Shown: positions 39,619 to 53,174, numbered from the whole stretch's first letter. The stretch: 62,916 bases of DNA, filler included, from Octopus bimaculoides (GCF_001194135.2; 6 parts of 5 records of this genome joined end to end with filler, not necessarily neighbours in it), one strand, 5' to 3'. Notes: generated by a model not told the origin, from the letters alone. Numbers and translations are program-made.

Positions 39619-39812
39619 TTCTTTTGTTCTTTTACTTGTTTCAGTCATTTGAATGTGGCCATGCTGGAGCACCGCCTTTAGTCGAACAAATCGACCACAG
39701 GAGTTATTCTTTCTAAGCCTAGTACTTATTCTATCAGTCTCTTTTGCCGAACCGCTAATGTTACGGGGACATAAAAAACACCAACATCGGTTGTCAGGCG
39801 ACAGTGGGGGGA

Positions 39813-39850
<38 letters not shown>

Positions 39851-39911
39851 ACGGTTTCTTTCAGTTTCCGTCTACCAAATCCACTCACAAGGCTTTGGTC
39901 GGCCCGAGGCT
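39619..39911 (-). mobile_element. SINE family C (head lost in gap)
   Basis: Collinear with 35528-35815. Confidence 0.85.
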
Positions 39912-41025
39912 NNNNNNNNNNNNNNNNNNNNNNNNNNNNNNNNNNNNNNNNNNNNNNNNNNNNNNNNNNNNNNNNNNNNNNNNNNNNNNNNNNNNNNNNN
40001 NNNNNNNNNNNNNNNNNNNNNNNNNNNNNNNNNNNNNNNNNNNNNNNNNNNNNNNNNNNNNNNNNNNNNNNNNNNNNNNNNNNNNNNNNNNNNNNNNNNN
40101 NNNNNNNNNNNNNNNNNNNNNNNNNNNNNNNNNNNNNNNNNNNNNNNNNNNNNNNNNNNNNNNNNNNNNNNNNNNNNNNNNNNNNNNNNNNNNNNNNNNN
40201 NNNNNNNNNNNNNNNNNNNNNNNNNNNNNNNNNNNNNNNNNNNNNNNNNNNNNNNNNNNNNNNNNNNNNNNNNNNNNNNNNNNNNNNNNNNNNNNNNNNN
40301 NNNNNNNCTCTGGCTGGCTTGAAACACATAGCAACATAAACATTGGTTAATAATATCACTTTCGTCGAATGGAAACGTTTGAATGCCAGCAGTGAATGCA
40401 TGGAATGTGTCAGTACCATTACATCAGTTGAATCATTCAATTTGTAAAGCAACATTTGATTTCTTTTACTTCAATAGAAAATATGTTCCTAGATGTTTGA
40501 AGTGGTTTCAATTATTTTTCCTTCTCGGACTGAGTAATCAGACAGTGGAATTTTTGCTAATTTCTTGTTCAGCTTCATTACTAAACATTGTTCTTACAAT
40601 GAAGTCGTAAAAAGAAAAAAAAAAAGAAAGAAAAAAAACCCAGTAAAAATATAACAAAATGGCAAAATAAGTCAGTCGCCTATCGAATTTAGCTTTCATC
40701 TGCTTCGAAAATGATTTCTACTGCCCGCTTGCTTGATATGATGCCAATCTGAACATTACATGAAACCTTTACTCTTTCAAATTTCAAAATGACGGTTTCT
40801 TTTGCGTTTCATATCGCTTAGTCAGAAGAAGAAGAGTAGCGTTTACGACCTCTTTACCGATTTTCTTAGACTGGTTGGATTCTCAATTAGTTGTAATAGA
40901 GCGGATATCGTCAACGCTTCTTCCCAGGTGTCAGGTAGTAGTGTTAAACCGAAAGACTTCTCAAAATTAGGAAAAGAGTCTGTATAGACCCCCCATGGTC
41001 AATCTGACCACAGCATGTTAGGTTT

Positions 41026-41250
41026 TAGGCGCAGGCGTAGCAAGCAGTATGGTAAGGAGCTTGCTTCTCAACCACATGGTTCCGGGTTCAGTTTCGCTGC
41101 GTGGCTCCTTGAGCAAGCGTTTTCTACTATAGCCTGGGGTTGACTAAAGCCTTGTAACTGGATATGGTAGACGGAAAACTGAGAGAAGCCCATGTCTTTC
41201 TGTCTATGTTTGTCCCACACCACTGCGTTTATGTCTCCGTAACGTAGCGT
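41026..41250 (+). mobile_element. SINE family C, partial
   Basis: ggcgcaggcg...aaccacatggttccgggttcag...ggtagacggaaaactgagagaagccc. Confidence 0.75.
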
Positions 41251-41839
41251 GATTTTCTTCGGGTGATGACTTCTTGATATTTAAATTGATCTCCAATCTC
41301 CCCAATCACACCAATGTGTCTTATTTCAGAAAAAAAAACAAAAACAAAGAAAGAAGCTCAATAAACCCAAAAGTCATAGCATAAAGCAACTTCTTTTCCA
41401 AGTATAGTACAACCATGTCTTATATAACCGGTTCACTATTTAAATATGAATTTAGTTTCAGTTCGTTACATCTCAAGAACACCTGCGTTGTATCTGAGGA
41501 GCATGTCGGCCAAACATATTTTACAATAGACAAGTATGAAATATGAAATTAAAAGAAAGGCGACGAAAACGAAACGAAACGTTACTAAGAGAGAAGGTCC
41601 TGCATGTCACGTTAGAAGAAAGATGATATATATTATAATATAATATAATATGGTATGACATAATACAATATAAATATTAGGAAATATAATATAATATAAA
41701 TATTATGAAATATAATGTAAATAGTGACAGGAACAGACTGATAAGATTAAATAATCAAATTTTAAAAAAATGTATAAAAGCATATTTGCATTTATACAAA
41801 TACACAGTACAAATTTTGATACATGTATATACACAAGCA

Positions 41840-41883
<44 letters not shown>

Positions 41884-41948
41884 NNNNNNNNNNNNNNNNN
41901 NNNNNNCATACATACATACATACATACATAATACTTCTCTCTCTCTGT

Positions 41949-42013
<65 letters not shown>

Positions 42014-42180
42014 GTTATAGTGCATGTGCATACAAAATGTATACATATGTGCGTAATGGATGTTTATATATAAACACACACAATATATTTATGTATATCT
42101 ATATAAATTTACACACAATCTTCCTCTCTTTCCATACATACATACATATATATAAATATATACATATATATTTACGCAAG

Positions 42181-42213
<33 letters not shown>

Positions 42214-42218
42214 ACACA

Positions 42219-42284
<66 letters not shown>

Positions 42285-42419
42285 AGTTTGGAGGTATATA
42301 TTATCCGAACGGATACCGTATTAGCTTTCAGTTAAGTTCCAATCAATGGCTAACCACAATGACCAATGTCTAACGTCTGTGACTACATTTAGTTGTTAGT
42401 CACTCTGTGAACTCTTCCG

Positions 42420-42645
42420 ATGGTAATTCCATGTTCTCTTCGCTGGACAGTAAAGACAAAAAATAGCTATTCTATCGATTGGGAAATAATTAGTATTGTT
42501 AAGCCTTATCGGGTAGAGGAAAATAGATGCGACTTTAGCGTAGAGGAACTTTACCAAATATTTTCATCAAAACACACATTAATTAAAAAAAAGACACGAA
42601 CAAGCCCTTAGATGTTTACACAAGCACGGTTGGACCTTTAAGAAA
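42420..42645 (+). mobile_element. Degraded C-terminal GIY-YIG endonuclease region of a Penelope-like element
   Basis: WTVKTKNSYSIDWEIISIVKPYRVEENRCDFSVEELYQIF followed, after a frameshift, by RCLHKHGWTF. This resembles the PLE C-terminal pattern W.LK....Y.I.W.I.....PY.....C.LC..E..I...LNKR.E....C.H. Confidence 0.6.
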
Positions 42646-42771
42646 CATAAAGATAATTCTAGATAGCCAACACCGTAGCATCAATTGCGCTTGATATAAC
42701 AAACAGAACAGCGTAACCTAAGCATAGAAATATTTAATAACTATCATTAATAAAAAAAAATACCCTATACG

Positions 42772-42945
42772 ATGTACAACACAAATATGTACAACACGAT
42801 ATATACAATGTACGAATATGTACAACACAATATATACAATGAACGAATGTGTACAGCACAATATATACAATGTACAAATATGTACAACACAATATATACA
42901 ATGTACAAATATGTACAACACAATATATACAATTTACAACACAAT
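42772..42945 (+). repeat. 31-bp minisatellite, about 5 units
   Basis: Unit atatgtacaacacaatatatacaatgtacaa. Confidence 0.9.
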
Positions 42946-44077
42946 AATGAGCAGCTCAACCAAAAAAAAAAAAAAAATTGAATATAAACAAACAAGAACT
43001 CTTTAATACAAACACTACATTCTAAATAAAAAATAACCCACACAACCATTAAAACGAACAAAAAGCCTTACAAAAACAACAATATCGACCATAACCTATT
43101 TTAAGACCAAGCTCTAACTTTGGACAGTGACTGGGGGGAAGTTGAGGTCAGCAGCATATATCTATAAATAACACCCCCCCCNNNNNNNNNNNNNNNNNNN
43201 NNNNNNNNNNNNNNNNNNNNNNNNNNNNNNNNNNNNNNNNNNNNNNNNNNNNNNNNNNNNNNNNNNNNNNNNNNNNNNNNNNNNNNNNNNNNNNNNNNNN
43301 NNNNNNNNNNNNNNNNNNNNNNNNNNNNNNNNNNNNNNNNNNNNNNNNNNNNNNNNNNNNNNNNNNNNNNNNNNNNNNNNNNNNNNNNNNNNNNNNNNNN
43401 NNNNNNNNNNNNNNNNNNNNNNNNNNNNNNNNNNNNNNNNNNNNNNNNNNNNNNNNNNNNNNNNNNNNTATATGCATGTCGATATCTATCTATCTATACG
43501 CATAAACATACATGCATACACACATTTTAGCGACAGTTACTAAACAGAATAATCCGTTGAAAAACAAAAAAAAAAACAAAAAAAAACACAAACAAATGGT
43601 ATGATAAATATTTCCAGAAAATCCTTTTTCAAGCAAGTAATTGGAAGTTTGTCTCTCTTTAAATCACAAAATACTTCTTTCAAAAGCTAAAATATCTTTG
43701 GATTCGCTGCAGAAGCAACATAAAAAGCAATCTTCAGTTGTATATCAAACGTTTCCAATAGGTAAACAAATAGAATAATAAAATTTAAGAGCACCATATG
43801 AAACTGCTTTAATTAGGAACGCTCCTCCCATAAAGAAGCGTGTCTCTTCAAAATTGCATTGTCTACTGAAGCGAAATATATGATAAAACTATTAGCAGTA
43901 GCAAAACAACCGTTTAAAACGCGACTCAAACGGTCCGATGCAACAGTTCTTTCTGACACCGTTCCACCGAACACAATACACAAGAAGAAAGGAAATGAAA
44001 GAGAAATAGTATACACATTATGGAATATCCTAGAACAGACTAATCCGTTTAAAACCAGAGCGAAGCGTAATCTTTGC

Positions 44078-44168
<91 letters not shown>

Positions 44169-44577
44169 ACACACAAACAGAGTCAGTAACTTGTCAAACC
44201 CCGCACTGAAATACATGAAAAGCCTGAGATCGCGTCCGTCTATCGCCATAGCATCAAATTTTTACTCAAATATATTTAAATAGAATGCACTGTGATAAAA
44301 GACGAAGAAATACACACACTTGGTAAGAATGACATTCCCTTTATGGCCTGCTACAATGGTTTTCACACATTCTACAGATGATCATAGATCGCCCCTCCTC
44401 CTGCGGAAAGTAAGCAAGTTGTGTGAAATATGGATAAGTTTAAACCTCAAGTGTTACACGTTAAAATATTTGTAGACTTTACACACATCCACCACAAACA
44501 TGTATTGGACTCGCAGTTTTGTACTGGTACCTAGACAACGAGTATAAACAGATGCCTTCATACATTCATATATAGAT

Positions 44578-44780
44578 TTTAATTTTGGCACAAGGCCAGC
44601 AAGGTTGGGAGAAGGGGCAAGTCGATTACATCGACCCAAGTACTCAAATGATACTTATTTTATTTTCCCTGAAACGATGAAGGGCAAAGTCGACCTCGGC
44701 TGAATTTGACCTCAGACAGACGAAATGGCGCTAAGCATTTTGCTTGGCGTGCTAACGATTCTGCCAGCTCGCCGCCTTAA
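44578..44780 (-). mobile_element. SINE family B
   Basis: Head gctaacgattctgccagctcgccgcc and tail ttttggcacaaggccagc. Confidence 0.8.
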
Positions 44781-45559
44781 CATGCATATATTAAACGTTA
44801 TATATATACGTGCACACATACTTCATACATAATACACAAGTACATACATAATGAGTATAGATTAAAGCACTTCACAGCTAAATAGCTTCGACAATAAGCG
44901 TCTTCCTTTACACGAAAGTGGTTGTCACAGATAGGAATTATAATTCCAACTCTTGTGATGCAAGCCTATTTTCTGAAGATATCGAAAACCATCCAAAATC
45001 TGCCAGAGAAGAGAACTACAAAAATATAAACAAAACTCCTCCGTCACCACCGCCATTCACTCGTATATCTTCGCATAAAACTAATCCAGCAGTTTGAAAA
45101 TAATTTTTTCCAATTTCCTTAAGCTTTCTCTATATAACAGGTTATTTTTGACAGGAGCAGAAAAAATAAGCCAAACATTCTTATGTTGAAAGTTATTGAC
45201 GATATCGGTGGTGATCCTATAAAAAATAAGTGATAACAGGTATTTAACTATCAAGACATTCTGAAAGGACACTTCGATACCTACAGTGCATGTGGTAAGG
45301 AAATAACGTGAGCAACAATGGTGAATAGCAATATAAAAAGAAACATCGGCACTTTGCGTCGCATAATTGAACATTTCGTAAGGTGTTAAGTTCATAACAC
45401 ACAAAATATATCTAAGGAAAATGGGCAAAATTATACGAAGATAAGGGGGAATTCATAACTTCAAAGCATGAACCGGAGACGCTGACTGAAAAAACAAATA
45501 TCATTATGAGAAGACTATTACTAGGATTAATTATATTTCTGGTTTTAATCAAAAAGTGC

Positions 45560-47050
45560 TACGTCGGAAGACGAAGGGAAATAATATCCTCATAGAAAGA
45601 ACCTCTTTTCAGGAAGGTCTTAAATCATTTTTGCTTAAAATTCTGTAATGAAAAAGTTTTTAGTAAGAATGTAGCATGTTTGAATACAATAAAGGAAGAA
45701 TACAATATAAAAGACTGACTGAACTAAAGTATTTTCAAATCCGAGAGTCAACTAGTTTTACTAACATTTTCAGACGATACAGGGATGCAATTTGGCAAAA
45801 AGAAATCTTCATATTTGGTAGTCGAATAGAGAAAAAACTTTTCCAAGTCCCAATCCTTTACGCCGATGGTCTCTCTATGGTCTCTATTTTACATAACGAA
45901 TGCAATAAATAACTCGCTATTGACGTAAGTATATAATTTAAGACGTGTTGTCAATAACGATTGAGTTATCCAACGATACTATAACCAGACTAAAAGAAAA
46001 AAACATATATGACATTCCTCTTGCAACAAAAACAATACATTTACAGTACCAGTTCTGGTACCAAAATACGAGGTGGACTATAGAGGAAATTAGTTGATAT
46101 TAAAACATAGGCGATCTCAGCAATAACTAGAAGCTTCTACAGAAGCAGTGATGTTGATAGACCTTAACTGAGAAGAAATGGAGGAAGACTTTTGAGATCA
46201 GAGTTGCATGGTACCACCCAGATTTTTTAAGCAGTAGCTACGAAAATAGATACGTTAACCAAATTAACCAAATGCTCAAAGTGAAGAGAATAACAAGTTA
46301 AGAGTCGGCAGTGAACTCTTCAAGAAGTACTCATTTCCTGAGATGTCCGTGCACGCCTAGGTTTGATGGAGCAGCATACCTCAACATAGAAACGGAAGAG
46401 AAAACTCTGCATATCATAAAATGCATAAGCATGGATAGGTTTTCGTACATTTGAGGGTGATTAACAGGAAGTGTAGCTTATTTTTGACTTATGACCATGA
46501 CATCACATCACATTTCAAAGGTTATGGTTTTTTAATACACCATATTACGGAAATATCTAACGAATAAAAGAGACAACGAAACCCATAAAACCTCAAAATG
46601 AGACCGAAATTATCGATTATGTCACATTTCTGTGAATTATATTACACGCGTGATGTGCAACCCCAAGATGTTATTAATCTCCCAATATGACATGATCTTA
46701 TTGTTAAAACAAAAGTGAAATTGCATCGACAGGAAATACTGCTTTGGAATAAATATAGAGAATATCTCTGTTGTTGACTATATACATATCAGCACAAAAA
46801 AACATCGGTAGAATATTCCCATCAAAACTTTCGCCATGTGCAAATATAACAAACTTGAAGTTGTTTAGGAAAAAAAAAAAAAGAAGTACAGTTAAAGAGG
46901 TCAGCTAATTTGCAGTTGTGAAGATTTCTTTGAAAATCAATGAGAAAGAAAATATTTACTGACAACTACTTCAAAACCTACAATTTCTCTATCCAAGTTA
47001 TAAATTCTTATTCATACCTATAAGTATTGGTGCAGTTAGAAAATGTTTGT
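45560..47050 (+). mobile_element. Highly degraded R4/Dong-like non-LTR retrotransposon (RT, zinc knuckle, RLE) not captured by the ORF track
   Basis: Collinear motifs across stops and frameshifts: FSDDTGMQFG (45767-45796), NTFTVPVL and WTIEEI (about 46034-46091), RSSDVDRP*LRRNGGR (46141-46188), ITSHFKGY (46502-46525), RLCH...LPI*HD (46614-46696), NIPIKT...CKYNK (about 46812), ENIY*QLLQNLQFLYPSYKFLFIPISIGAV (46948-47037). Confidence 0.78.
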
Positions 47051-47444
47051 CATGGGTATGGCTTTAAGCTATATCCAGTAATGGAATCCTGGTTCGAGAG
47101 TTCCAGAGTTTTAAGGAGTGTGGAACCACCTTCTATCCACTATTGTTTTCTGATCTATTCTGACCCGGAGTAGTAGCCCCTGTCAGGGTCCTAGCTATGG
47201 GGTAAATAGCATGTAACTACCGGAACCAGGGCACTTTGAAATCATGGGATACAGCTTGGTGGATGTGAATTATTTCGGCAGATGTGCTTATTGAATCAAT
47301 GGCGACTGTCATTAGATGCCGAGTAACATCTAATGTCAATCAACCTGTTCAGCTAACGAACTACTGCTATTCTCTATAGTCGTACCGTGCGTAGATGGGA
47401 GATTTCAGTTAACGAAAGACCAATGTGACTTAAATATATATTGG

Positions 47445-47555
47445 TCGGCCCGAGGCTATTGTAGAAGACACTTGCTCAAGGTGCCACGCAGTGGGACTGA
47501 ACCCGGAACCATGTGGTTGGTAAGCAAGCTACTTACCACACAGCCACTCCTGCGC
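47445..47555 (-). mobile_element. SINE family C, head fragment
   Basis: gaagacacttgctcaaggtgccacgcagtgggactgaacccggaaccatgtgg...cagccactcctgcgc. Confidence 0.8.
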
Positions 47556-47721
47556 TTATATAATATATATGTATTGTATATAATGTATATTGCGTATAAT
47601 GTATACTATATACAATATTTTGCATATACTTGATACGATGGAATCAACCTACAAACATTATTATGGACCACCAAGCCCACAGAAACAGCTGTTGGATGTG
47701 TAATTTTTTTTCCTTCACCCA

Positions 47722-48153
47722 AGGTGGTGAGCTGGCAGAAACGTTAGCACGCCGGGCGAAATGCCTAGCGGTATTTCGTCTGTCTTTACGTTCTGAGTTC
47801 AAATTCCGCCGAGTTCGACTTTGCCTTTCATTCTTTCGAGGTCAATAAATTAAGTACCAGTTACGCACTGGGGTTGATATAATCGACTTGATCCCTTTGT
47901 CTGTTCTTGTTTGTCCCCTCTATGTTTAGCCCTTTGTGGGCAATAAAGAAATAAGAAACGTTAGCATGCCGGGCGAAATACTTCGCAGTATTTCGTCTGT
48001 CTTGACGTTCTGAGTTCAAATTCCGCCGAGGTCGACTTTGCCTTTCATCCTTTCGAGGTCGATAAATTAAGTAGCAGTTGCGTACTGGGGTCGATCTAAT
48101 CGACTTAATCCCCTCCCAAAAATGTTGGGCCTTGTGCCTAGAGTAGAAAAGAA
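47722..48153 (+). mobile_element. Head-to-tail dimer of tRNA-derived SINE family B
   Basis: A-box tggcagaaacgttag and B-box gagttcaaattcc. The second unit starts at agaaacgttagc (47954). The two units have different 3' tails. Confidence 0.85.
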
Positions 48154-48699
48154 CTTTTTTCCATGTAACAAAATAGTTAGTAGGGGGCCTCTGAAAAAAT
48201 TTTGCTTTAGATGTATTTATTGGTAAGTATTGCAAGAAACAGCTAGGTTTCTTTCTCTAGCATTTTGGATAGTTCAACCTACACAAGTTGATGTGTGATA
48301 AACAAAATAGGAATTTTCAAAGAAGTTTCTATAAAACTAGTTTTTAAACATCGAATGGCCATGGGGGTTCACCAGAATAAAATAGTAATCAAAGGGGTCC
48401 ACAGATAAAAAAATAAAATGGTTGAAAATTCCTGTTCTATATAGAATATATTTTTATTATGTATTGTATATTAAATGCGAGAGATAACGAGTGGTTTCTA
48501 CGTGGTCACTCTCAGTGCTAGAAATACCAGCCAAAATCTCCCTCAAATTTTACCTGGTCATATTGAGAACCTGATACACGGGACAGATCAGGGATCTTTG
48601 AAGGATACATGTCAACGACGATGACAACAACAGCATTGACAACAACAATTACCATAGCTGTAGATATTACAACAACAACGACAACAATAACAGTAACCC

Positions 48700-48910
48700 A
48701 TTCTTCTATAGACACAAGGCTCGAAACGTTGTGCCTATAGAAACCGTGCTGATCGATTACATCGACCCCAGTACTCAACTGGTATTTATTTTATCGACCC
48801 CCGAAAGAATGAAAGACAAAGTTGACCGCGAAAGAATTTGAACCCAGAACGTAAAGAGCCGGAGGTAATGTCGCTAAGCATTGTGTCCGATTCTACCAGT
48901 TCACTGCCTT
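48700..48910 (-). mobile_element. Diverged SINE family B
   Basis: tcgattacatcgaccccagtactcaactggta...gaatttgaacccagaacgtaaag. Confidence 0.65.
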
Positions 48911-48941
<31 letters not shown>

Positions 48942-49249
48942 GCAGCAGCAGCAGCAACTTAAAACTTCATCATAATCAGTANNNNNNNNNNNNNNNNNNN
49001 NNNNNNNNNNNNNNNNNNNNNNNNNNNNNNNNNNNNNNNNNNNNNNNNNNNNNNNNNNNNNNNNNNNNNNNNNNNNNNNNNNNNNNNNNNNNNNNNNNNN
49101 NNNNNNNNNNNNNNNNNNNNNNNNNNNNNNNNNNNNNNNNNNNNNNNNNNNNNNNNNNNNNNNNNNNNNNNNNNNNNNNNNNNNNNNNNNNNNNNNNNNN
49201 NNNNNNNNNNNNNNNNNNNNNNNNNNNNNNNNNNNNNNNNNNNNNNNNN

Positions 49250-49598
49250 AGGATCGCGGTTTCGATTCCCAGACCAGGCATTGTGAGTGTTTATTGAGCG
49301 AAAAACACCTAAAGCTCCACGAGGCTCCGGCAGGGGATGGTGGCGAACCCTGCTGTACTCTTTCACCACAAACTTTCTCTCACTCTTACTTCCTGTTTCT
49401 GTTGTGCCTGTAATTCAAAGGGTCAGCCTTGTCACACACTGTGTCACGCTGAATATTCCCCGAGAACTACGTTAAGGGTACACGTGTCTGTGGAGTGCTC
49501 AGCCACTTGCACGTTCATTTCACGAGCAGGCTGTTCCGTTGATTGGATCGACTGGAACCCTCGACGTCGTAAGCGACGGGAGTGCCAACAACAACAAC
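49250..49598 (+). mobile_element. SINE family A (head lost in gap)
   Basis: Matches 25494-25831 closely. Confidence 0.85.
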
Positions 49599-51254
49599 AT
49601 AAAAAGGGAAGCAACAACAGCAAACGACAAAGAAACATTTCAAATTCCATTACAACACCAACAGCAGTGAGAACAACAACAACAACAACAATAGTAACAA
49701 CAACAGATAAAAGGCAGCAATGACAATTATAGCAAAAAAACCCCCCAAAAAGCAAACAAAAAAGAATAAGCAATAACAAGAACCGCCAGAGTAGAAGCGA
49801 CGGTAACGCGCCAACAACAAGAATCTTAGCGACAACAACTCCAACAACAGCGATATATGTGTCATGCACCACCACCACTACTACCACCACCACCACCAAC
49901 AACAACAACAGCCATAACAGCAACAGGAAGCATCGGTAACAACAACAACAACAGCAGCGATATATGTGATATACACCACCACTACCACCACCACCACCAC
50001 CACTACTACCACCACCACTACCACCGCCACTATCACCACCACNNNNNNNNNNNNNNNNNNNNNNNNNNNNNNNNNNNNNNNNNNNNNNNNNNNNNNNNNN
50101 NNNNNNNNNNNNNNNNNNNNNNNNNNNNNNNNNNNNNNNNNNNNNNNNNNNNNNNNNNNNNNNNNNNNNNNNNNNNNNNNNNNNNNNNNNNNNNNNNNNN
50201 NNNNNNNNNNNNNNNNNNNNNNNNNNNNNNNNNNNNNNNNNNNNNNNNNNNNNNNNNNNNNNNNNNNNNNNNNNNNNNNNNNNNNNNNNNNNNNNNNNNN
50301 NNNNNNNNNNNNNNNNNNNNNNNNNNNNNNNNNNNNNNNNNNNNNNNNNNNNNNNNNNNNNNNNNNNNNNNNNNNNNNNNNNNNNNNNNNNNNNNNNNNN
50401 NNNNNNNNNNNNNNNNNNNNNNNNNNNNNNNNNNNNNNNNNNNNNNNNNNNNNNNNNNNNNNNNNNNNNNNNNNNNNNNNNNNNNNNNNNNNNNNNNNNN
50501 NNNNNNNNNNNNNNNNNNNNNNNNNNNNNNNNNNNNNNNNNNNNNNNNNNNNNNNNNNNNNNNNNNNNNNNNNNNNNNNNNNNNNNNNNNNNNNNNNNNN
50601 NNNNNNNNNNNNNNNNNNNNNNNNNNNNNNNNNNNNNNNNNNNNNNNNNNNNNNNNNNNNNNNNNNNNNNNNNNNNNNNNNNNNNNNNNNNNNNNNNNNN
50701 NNNNNNNNNNNNNNNNNNNNNNNNNNNNNNNNNNNNNNNNNNNNNNNNNNNNNNNNNNNNNNNNNNNNNNNNNNNNNNNNNNNNNNNNNNNNNNNNNNNN
50801 NNNNNNNNNNNNNNNNNNNNNNNNNNNNNNNNNNNNNNNNNNNNNNNNNNNNNNNNNNNNNNNNNNNNNNNNNNNNNNNNNNNNNCAGCAGTGGCAACTG
50901 CAATAACAGCAGCACTGATAACAGCGGCAGCAGCGGCGGCGGACGAAACAGCAGCAAAATCAGCAGTAGGCATACAAGCAGTGCAACTTTGGACTTTACA
51001 CCGCCAACACCAGCGACTGAGGCAGCAAGCACCACCGGCAGCTGGTGCTGCACAAATACCTGCAGCTAGGGATACGTTGAATGTTGAAAACAGGTATGTA
51101 CAATCAGTTTTATATATATATATATATACATACATATACATACATACATACGTATACATACATACATGCACACACACATGTGCATGTTTGTATGTTTGTA
51201 TGTATGTATGTATGTATATATGTATGTGTTTATAAGTATGTATATATATGTGTC

Positions 51255-51303
<49 letters not shown>

Positions 51304-51429
51304 NNNNNNNNNNNNNNNNNNNNNNNNNNNNNNNNNNNNNNNNNNNNTTAATTAATTAANNNNNNNNNNNNNNNNNNNNNNNNNNNNNNNNNNNNNNNNN
51401 NNNAAAAGAGTATGTATATATATATACTG

Positions 51430-51735
51430 CGGGGGCACCTTGGGCAAGTGTCTTGTGAGTAGATTTGTTAGACGGAAACTGAAAGAAGCCCGTCGTATAT
51501 ATGTATATGTATATATATGTGTGTGTTTGTGTGTCTGTGTTTGTCCCCCCAACATCGTTTGACAACCGATGCTGGTGTGTTTACGTCCCCGCAACTTAGC
51601 AGTTCGGCAAAAGAGAACGATAGAATAAGTACTAGGCTTACAAAGAATAAGTCCTGGGGTCGATTTGCTCGACTGAAGGCGGTGCTCCAGCATGGCCGCA
51701 GTCACATGACTGAAAAAAGTAAAAGAGTGAAGAGT
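51430..51735 (+). mobile_element. SINE family C (5'-truncated)
   Basis: gcaccttgggcaagtgtctt...ggcggtgctccagcatggccgcagtc. Confidence 0.85.
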
Positions 51736-52162
51736 ATATATGCGTACGTCCAGTATTTCGATATTTTGTCCTGTACTTATCTCTGTGTTGTATACGAATT
51801 TTTCACTCGTTGGTGTTGTCCTGTGCTTAATGTAAATTTTTATTTATTTTATAATATATTTAAAAGCATACGTAAATATACGTAATCATACGTACAAACA
51901 CACACACACACACACATAATACATGATGTCGCGTGTGTGCTTGCTTATATTTTTCTCCAGTTTTATATTTAACTTTAATTATTTTAGTTTTTTTTCTTTC
52001 TTATCCTGTGATTATTGCCGTATAGTTAATAATTTTTCAATTAAGAAAATCTTTCTTCGCATATCGTGATAGTATCAAAAAATTTTTGTAAAACTTTTTT
52101 CAAATAGGGACGTATCGTTTCCTCACTCAAAGTATATGTATATGTATACACACACACACACA

Positions 52163-52222
<60 letters not shown>

Positions 52223-53174
52223 NNNNNNNNNNNNNNNNNNNNNNNNNNNNNNNNNNNNNNNNNNNNNNNNNNNNNNNNNNNNNNNNNNNNNNNNNNNNNN
52301 NNNNNNNNNNNNNNNNNNNNNNNNNNNNNNNNNNNNNNNNNNNNNNNNNNNNNNNNNNNNNNNNNNNNNNNNNNNNNNNNNNNNNNNNNNNNNNNNNNNN
52401 NNNNNNNNNNNNNNNNNNNNNNNNNNNNNNNNNNNNNNNNNNNNNNNNNNNNNNNNNNNNNNNNNNNNNNNNNNNNNNNNNNNNNNNNNNNNNNNNNNNN
52501 NNNNNNNNNNNNNNNNNNNNNNNNNNNNNNNNNNNNNNNNNNNNNNNNNNNNNNNNNNNNNNNNNNNNNNNNNNNNNNNNNNNNNNNNNNNNNNNNNNNN
52601 NNNNNNNNNNNNNNNNNNNNNNNNNNNNNNNNNNNNNNNNNNNNNNNNNNNNNNNNNNNNNNNNNNNNNNNNNNNNNNTATATATATACACATGTGTTTA
52701 TATGAGTGTGAGTGTGTGTGTGCGTGACCGCGCGCGTGCATGTGTGTGTGGGACGGGGGTATTGGAGTGTGTTTTTTAAACTTACTTCGCAAATTAATTG
52801 TGGAGGCTCGGGCGAAATAATACTCTGGACAATATTTGATGAATTCAAATTGCACACACACACACACACACACGTATTATGTACATGACTCGTATATGTA
52901 TACATATATGCACGCTTGCACCCACAAACCCACTCACATAACAAATGTAGGTGTAATATCCAAGTACACAAGTTCGTTTTCAGGTCACATCTTACAGAGA
53001 CCCAGGGTTACATAGCAGTCGTTGGTCGTACGTGATCAAAAGTAGATAAATAAAGTCTACTCTAATCGGAGAGCGATGTAAACGTTATAAAGTTCGGAAA
53101 CCATGATATATTAGTTACATACTCAACTTTTTAGCAGTTTGCAAAGCATAGATTATTATAAATTATTCATATAA

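Noticed and set aside
40795-40832. Minus-strand CUGACUA...GAAACGC motif
   Set aside because: G8 is lost, helix II is absent and there is no NUH triplet.
45081-45428. 115-aa minus-strand ORF
   Set aside because: No convincing domain. AT-rich sequence adjacent to a decayed retroelement.
49600-51070. Long low-complexity ORFs (poly-T/H/Q/A/G) flanking a gap as a possible exon
   Set aside because: Mixed decayed trinucleotide repeats are open in several frames on both strands, and there are no splice or homology cues.
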